The translations under genes were made by a program, and so were the position numbers. Shown here one piece after another: positions 59,408 through 64,000 of a stretch of DNA of 64,000 nucleotides. Below the pieces are notes generated by a model. The model did not search any database. It was not told where the DNA came from and worked only from the letters and a program-made list of their open reading frames with translations. Positions within the stretch are counted from its first letter, which is position 1. The number at the start of each line of letters is the position of its first letter. Origin of the DNA: Pelagomonas calceolata (Eukaryota); assembly GCA_918797485.1 (NCBI GenBank), contig CAKKNE010000002.1:3596001-3660000 (forward strand), in the 5' to 3' direction.

Positions 59408-61769
59408 ATGTTTGGCAAGAGAGCTTTTGACGAAAGGAATAGGTGTGCATCGGCCGTCCAGAAGCGTTGTCGCGCTGACACAGACGGGCAAGATGAAGTT
59501 GGTGTGCCGCCCCCCAAAACTGCAATAGAACTAGCAATGGAAGAAGCTGAAGAGTACGAACGACGAAAAGAGGCGGAGCAGCGCCGTTTGCTTGGCGGCG
59601 CCACTGTTTAAGTAAATACCTCATTTCTGAACATAGGATTACAACAACTCAAGCTGGAGTCTCTAGATAAGGAGAAAACCAGGTGGGCTAGATATTTGTG
59701 AATATTAATAATCAGATGATTTGTGGTAGACTTCTTGCTCCTGTGCATCATGACGCTTCGCCTCCATATGATTCACAGAAAAACCATCAATTGGATCGGC
59801 ATGGGTGTGATGAATACGAAGACAAATTGGCTGCCTCCTGTCCAATGCCAGAGAAAGCTGTCGTGTCCAGCGCATGCTCGAAGAAAACTATCCCCCACCG
59901 TTCCCTCACCCTAGCCCGTCTCTATTTCCCATCTTATTTTTTATAGTTTTTCGAGATCTGTGGCACATAGGACGTGATGTTTGGATCCCAGTTATATAAC
60001 GATGAATTGCCACATTCCAGCGAAAATTTGCCGGAAAATAAAATTATGGCCATCAACAAATTGCGTCTGCCACGCAAATTGCTCGAGAAGTGGGTGGAAG
60101 AACCATTTTTTGATACGGCAGTTGTCGGCTGCTTTGTTCGTCTTGGTGTGGGTGCGTTCGATTTGTGCTCCTTACTGGTTCAATGGGCATCTTGCCTGCA
60201 GGTAAAGCACCTGGTTTGCGTGGTGAACCCCAATACAAGGTTTGCGAAATTATTGGCGTGGGGGAATATAAACATTCCTATGCACTGGGGGAATTCCAGA
60301 CCAAAAAAGCGCTCTTGCTTCGCATCGGTCGTAATACACGCCTCTGGCGCATGAATGTTATCTCTAATCATCGGTCCTGGGACAGCGTGAAATTTAGGTA
60401 GTTTGTGTTTGACTTCTCCCTTCCCCACTGTAGGTTCACACCCGATGAGCTAAATGAGTATGAACTGTGCCGATGAAATTCTTGATTATGCATTGTTGGT
60501 GATAGGTGGCAAAGTACCATGTTTGCTGCGCGTCAAAAGATACCATCGGCAGAGGAGATCAGCAAACGCAAAGCACGCATGCGAGAAACAGTATTTGGCG
60601 CTTCTAGTCATCCTGCTCAGAATATAACAGACACCAACATATTCAGCAAGGCCAGCGAAAGATACTCAGAAGGTGATGTTGCAAGGCTTGTTAATTCAAG
60701 ACGGAAGCGCAGCGAGGCTGTGGTCCTCCCGAGTTAAATTTTTTTGGAAGACACAAAAATCCTAGTGCTAGGCACGATTCCGGGAGCGCCAAACCACAAC
60801 AGTATCTCGCCTTAACCATGGTCAAATTCGAACTCGGTACGAGCACGAGGTATGCGCTGCACGCCAGGCATACCTAGCGCTTTTGATTGCGCAAAGTACA
60901 AAAGTCCGCACAACCCCGGAAATTCAGACTGCCATAAAAAAGGTCTACATGATCAGCGAGAAGTACACAAGCTCTTATTCATGCCAACAAATAAGTAATA
61001 TCGTAGGTGGATGATCATGATGCATGCGTTAAACTTGATGATAATTCTTTTGAGCGCAACCTTGATACTCTCGCGTCAAGCCTTATGCGAGCACAACAGA
61101 CGCAGCTCCATGCAAGTGCGGTGGAGGAGGCGCTGGCGGAATGCCGCGCTACACGCAACCTGCTTAGTCAAATGCAGTGTGATTTTCTTTGACAGCATGG
61201 ATACCATCAATCTGCTTTGTTTGTGTAGGTCAAGCCTGTGAAAAACTCAAGGATTTCCGTAAGAATGCCCTTGATGTGCGTAAACTGCGTGACACCGAAG
61301 TGCCTTCGCGCACATCTACCCTGTATTTTGTGAACGAGGCAAAGCGGCGAGAAAATTCCCTTGCTGATATGACTCACGGGGAAAGAAAACTGCAAGACGA
61401 GTCAACTTCAGCGTGCTATATTTTTTCAACGTGATAATATCACTGGCTACTAGGCAACATGACGATGATGATGCAGAACGTGCTGTATTTCAACGTCGTG
61501 CAACGAAACCGACGATGCTGTGGACTACGGACACAGGGTTTTGTCAGCGAACACATAAACTGACGCAGCCAATGTGCAACAGAGCCAAGCTCAATACTAA
61601 TTCAAATACCCAAGGGGCCGGCGACTCTGGAGCAGCTATTGAAGAGACAGAAACCGCAAACTGTGCCCTGGACGAGAGCATAAGCCCACGCCCCCGCAAA
61701 AGAACTGGAATGTCCTTGCAAGAATATATGACCAAAGCGCATGCAGATGCATCGAGATTTACGCTCTAA
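59408..61769 (+). CDS. Plus3-domain protein, RTF1-like (many small exons)
   Basis: LPRKLLEKWVEEPFFDTAVVGCFVRLGVG...YKVCEIIGV...MNVISNHRFT..E..EW matches the Plus3 domain. Introns 60152-60201, 60374-60433 and 60458-60505 resolved; others not. Confidence 0.8.
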
Positions 61770-63189
61770 GGATTGTCCCCTGAGAGGCAGGATGTCCTTT
61801 GTTTGACTACCCTGATGGTGACCTTGGTATTTGCTTAGTACCCGTATTGACTTATAGCAAGTAGCCAATTCTCAGAACTTGAAAATGCCAGTGAAAATAA
61901 TCAGCCGTGCTTGACAAGACACAAAGGATCGAAAAGATGCTTTGAGAAAATGATGGAACGTGTCGCCTGGAACTCGGACTCGGACTCGGGAGTCTGTGCT
62001 TAGTCCGTCATGATACCATCCAAGTCAATAAGACCATCAACTGAATCATGAACAACCTCTCAGAAACAAATAAAGCAGAACGAGCTAGGGGAGATGGATG
62101 CGATGCGGGATCTACTTCACGCCCCTCGTTTGCATCAAGATCTACCCGCACCCAACATGGGGTCGACGACATATGTCATGCGAGTAATAAACAAATAAAC
62201 AAACTTGAACTAAGGGAAGACCTAAAACAAAGCTTATTAAAAGGAACACGGGCAAGCTCGCTCCTAATTAGTGGCACCGTCACGGTGACTGGCAGGGTAT
62301 AGTTCAATAAGTTAGTAAGCCTTTCCAGCGAAATTCCTCCGCATTAGAAAGAAGGACTCACGGTAGTATAGATGCCTCAGGCTCGGGGCCGGCCGGCCGG
62401 ACAGGACTCGGATAGAGGGTCCTTTTCGGAGCACTGGCACTGCCAGTGGCAGTTCTAAGTGTGGCAGTCTTCAAAAGTTCGCCAGTGCCCGGTGGGCCCG
62501 GGCCCAGGCCACTGGCAGTCACTGAGTCACGGTGTGTAAGCTCAGGCTCACGCCGACTCGGAGCCTTCCCACAGCACAGCACTCAGGCTTCAAGTCACGG
62601 TTGGGCGGCCCCGGCCCGGGCGGCGGCTCCGAGTCATGCCAGCCTGGGTGGTCACTGGCCCGGGCACTCAGGCTCAGGCTGACATTGGGGGCGCGGCGGT
62701 TGGGGCTAAGCGTGAGATATTTGACCCCTTCGTCGTGCTCTCCGTCCTCGATTTGTTCTTTCTTCGTAGGTAATGTACCGTAGGTACCGTATTCACTAGA
62801 CCTACTTTATCCAGGAATTCAAGGTATACGCACATATCATAGCAGGACTGCGGTATAGGTGATTTTTCTTTTCTAGGCATTCACTGTAAAACACTGGCAC
62901 TCCCGGGCCGAGTCTACGTCAATAGGCGGAACCTTGTGGGCCCATAACCTAGCAAGAGTATGTCGCAGCATTATTTAAGGTAGCAGGGTCCTAGCTCACC
63001 AGCCAACTTGAAAGGCTGCCAGTGGCCCGGGGCCAGTGGCAACTTGAACCCGGCCCGGGCGGGCCTAACCGTGACTACGAGACTCGGAGTGTTTTATAGC
63101 AAATTGTGTTTACACCGTAGTGTCAATAAATACTCGATGTATAGACTCAAATTTAGAGAGTGGGAGATACATATCCAGGGTAGGAAGGG

Positions 63190-63300
63190 CTAGTAGGTTT
63201 CTCTCTCTATAGGTAGGTACTTACGGTACCGTACCGTACCGTAGGTAGGTACCGTAGGTACCTACAGGTAGGTCCTACCTACGGTACGGTAGGCGTACGA
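63190..63300. repeat. Degenerate GGTA/CGTA(C) low-complexity array
   Basis: ggtaccgtaccgtaccgtaggtaggtaccgtaggtacctacaggtaggtcctacctacggtacggtagg. Confidence 0.8.
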
Positions 63301-63493
63301 GTATAAAAATTATATGACGACATCGATTTTTGTTCCTGAAGTGGGATAATATTTACGCCAGGATCCAGCGACGCGCCGTAATTGCCTCAGCTACCACCCC
63401 CAGCGTAATGCCTCTCAGTTCGGATCACCCCGTTTTTTTTCGCATGGCCCGGGTGCACCGCAGTTACCAGTCTTGCTGTGAGACCTGAAATTA

Positions 63494-64000
63494 ATGGGTT
63501 GTGGTATTTCCAGCAAAGTCGAGTCGACGTCTATAAGGGGCCCTCAGACCGCAGACCAGTCATCAACCTTGACCCTAGGGCTATTGCCTGCTCCGCGAGA
63601 ATCCCACGTGCTTCGTGGGGGCGGGCATGATTCCAGAAATTCGCATGTATCTTGGCGAAGAGGTGATCTGATTGGCACCGGAGCGAATGGACGGGTATAC
63701 CTTGGACTCGAAGAAGATAGTGGTGCAATTATTGCAGTCAAAGAGATGGCATTCAGCAACGAGCAACATTCCAGCGTCCTGCTCAAGAATATAGAGAATG
63801 CACACGCAGGCAAGAACTGGAGGAACTGGCCCAAATGCAAGAGGAAATAGAGTTGCTTCGATCCTTGCAGCATCCTAACATTGTGACTTACCTTGGCACA
63901 GACATCTGTGATGAAAATAAATTGCTTTATATCTTCACAGAGTGGGTTCCTGGCGGGTCGATCCAAGCGCAAACGCAGTGTAGAATATACCTGGCGCGAT
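63494..64000 (+). CDS. MAP kinase kinase kinase (STE11/MEKK-like), 5' part, runs off the window
   Basis: WRRGDLIGTGANGRVYLGL...AVKE, EIELLRSLQHPNIVTYLG, IFTEWVPGGSI; GC-AG intron 63763-63809; N-terminal MGCG acylation motif. Confidence 0.9.

Noticed and set aside
1..64000. tRNA, rRNA or snRNA genes; prokaryotic or viral origin
   Set aside because: No such RNA motifs were recognised (a covariance-model search was not possible); spliceosomal introns and the gene content indicate a eukaryotic nucleus

Overview
Eukaryotic nuclear DNA from a photosynthetic stramenopile, most plausibly a pelagophyte-like ochrophyte. This is an inference from GUN4 with a bipartite-looking presequence, ciliary genes, and small introns with frequent GC donors. 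The window holds about 15 protein genes: BBS9, TM9SF, RPLP0, a coiled-coil/LRR protein, beta-COP, an ARM-like protein, a giant PriCT-2-like/EF-hand/FN3 protein, a divergent ERK7-type MAPK, an Sfi1-like coiled-coil protein, a dynein-MTBD/alpha-beta-hydrolase fusion, CCDC151/ODAD3, an RRM + 123-bp-repeat + Sec16-like gene, GUN4, eRF1, an RTF1-like Plus3 protein and the 5' part of a MAP3K. Intergenic DNA is full of MITE-like elements, dispersed repeats, a LINE 3' fragment and a recurring set of 7-9-nt words that form hairpins with 1-nt loops. The most notable observations are: (1) 40-63-nt introns with almost no 5' consensus, many atypical GC donors and a strong AG|G acceptor bias; (2) a hAT-like MITE with an 8-bp TSD whose TIRs carry splice sites (introner-like); (3) palindromic word mosaics that resemble accumulated hairpin-excision footprints; (4) a repeat element whose core is inverted between two copies; (5) three unusual multidomain proteins. 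All calls were made by eye from sequence and remembered family motifs. No searches were run.
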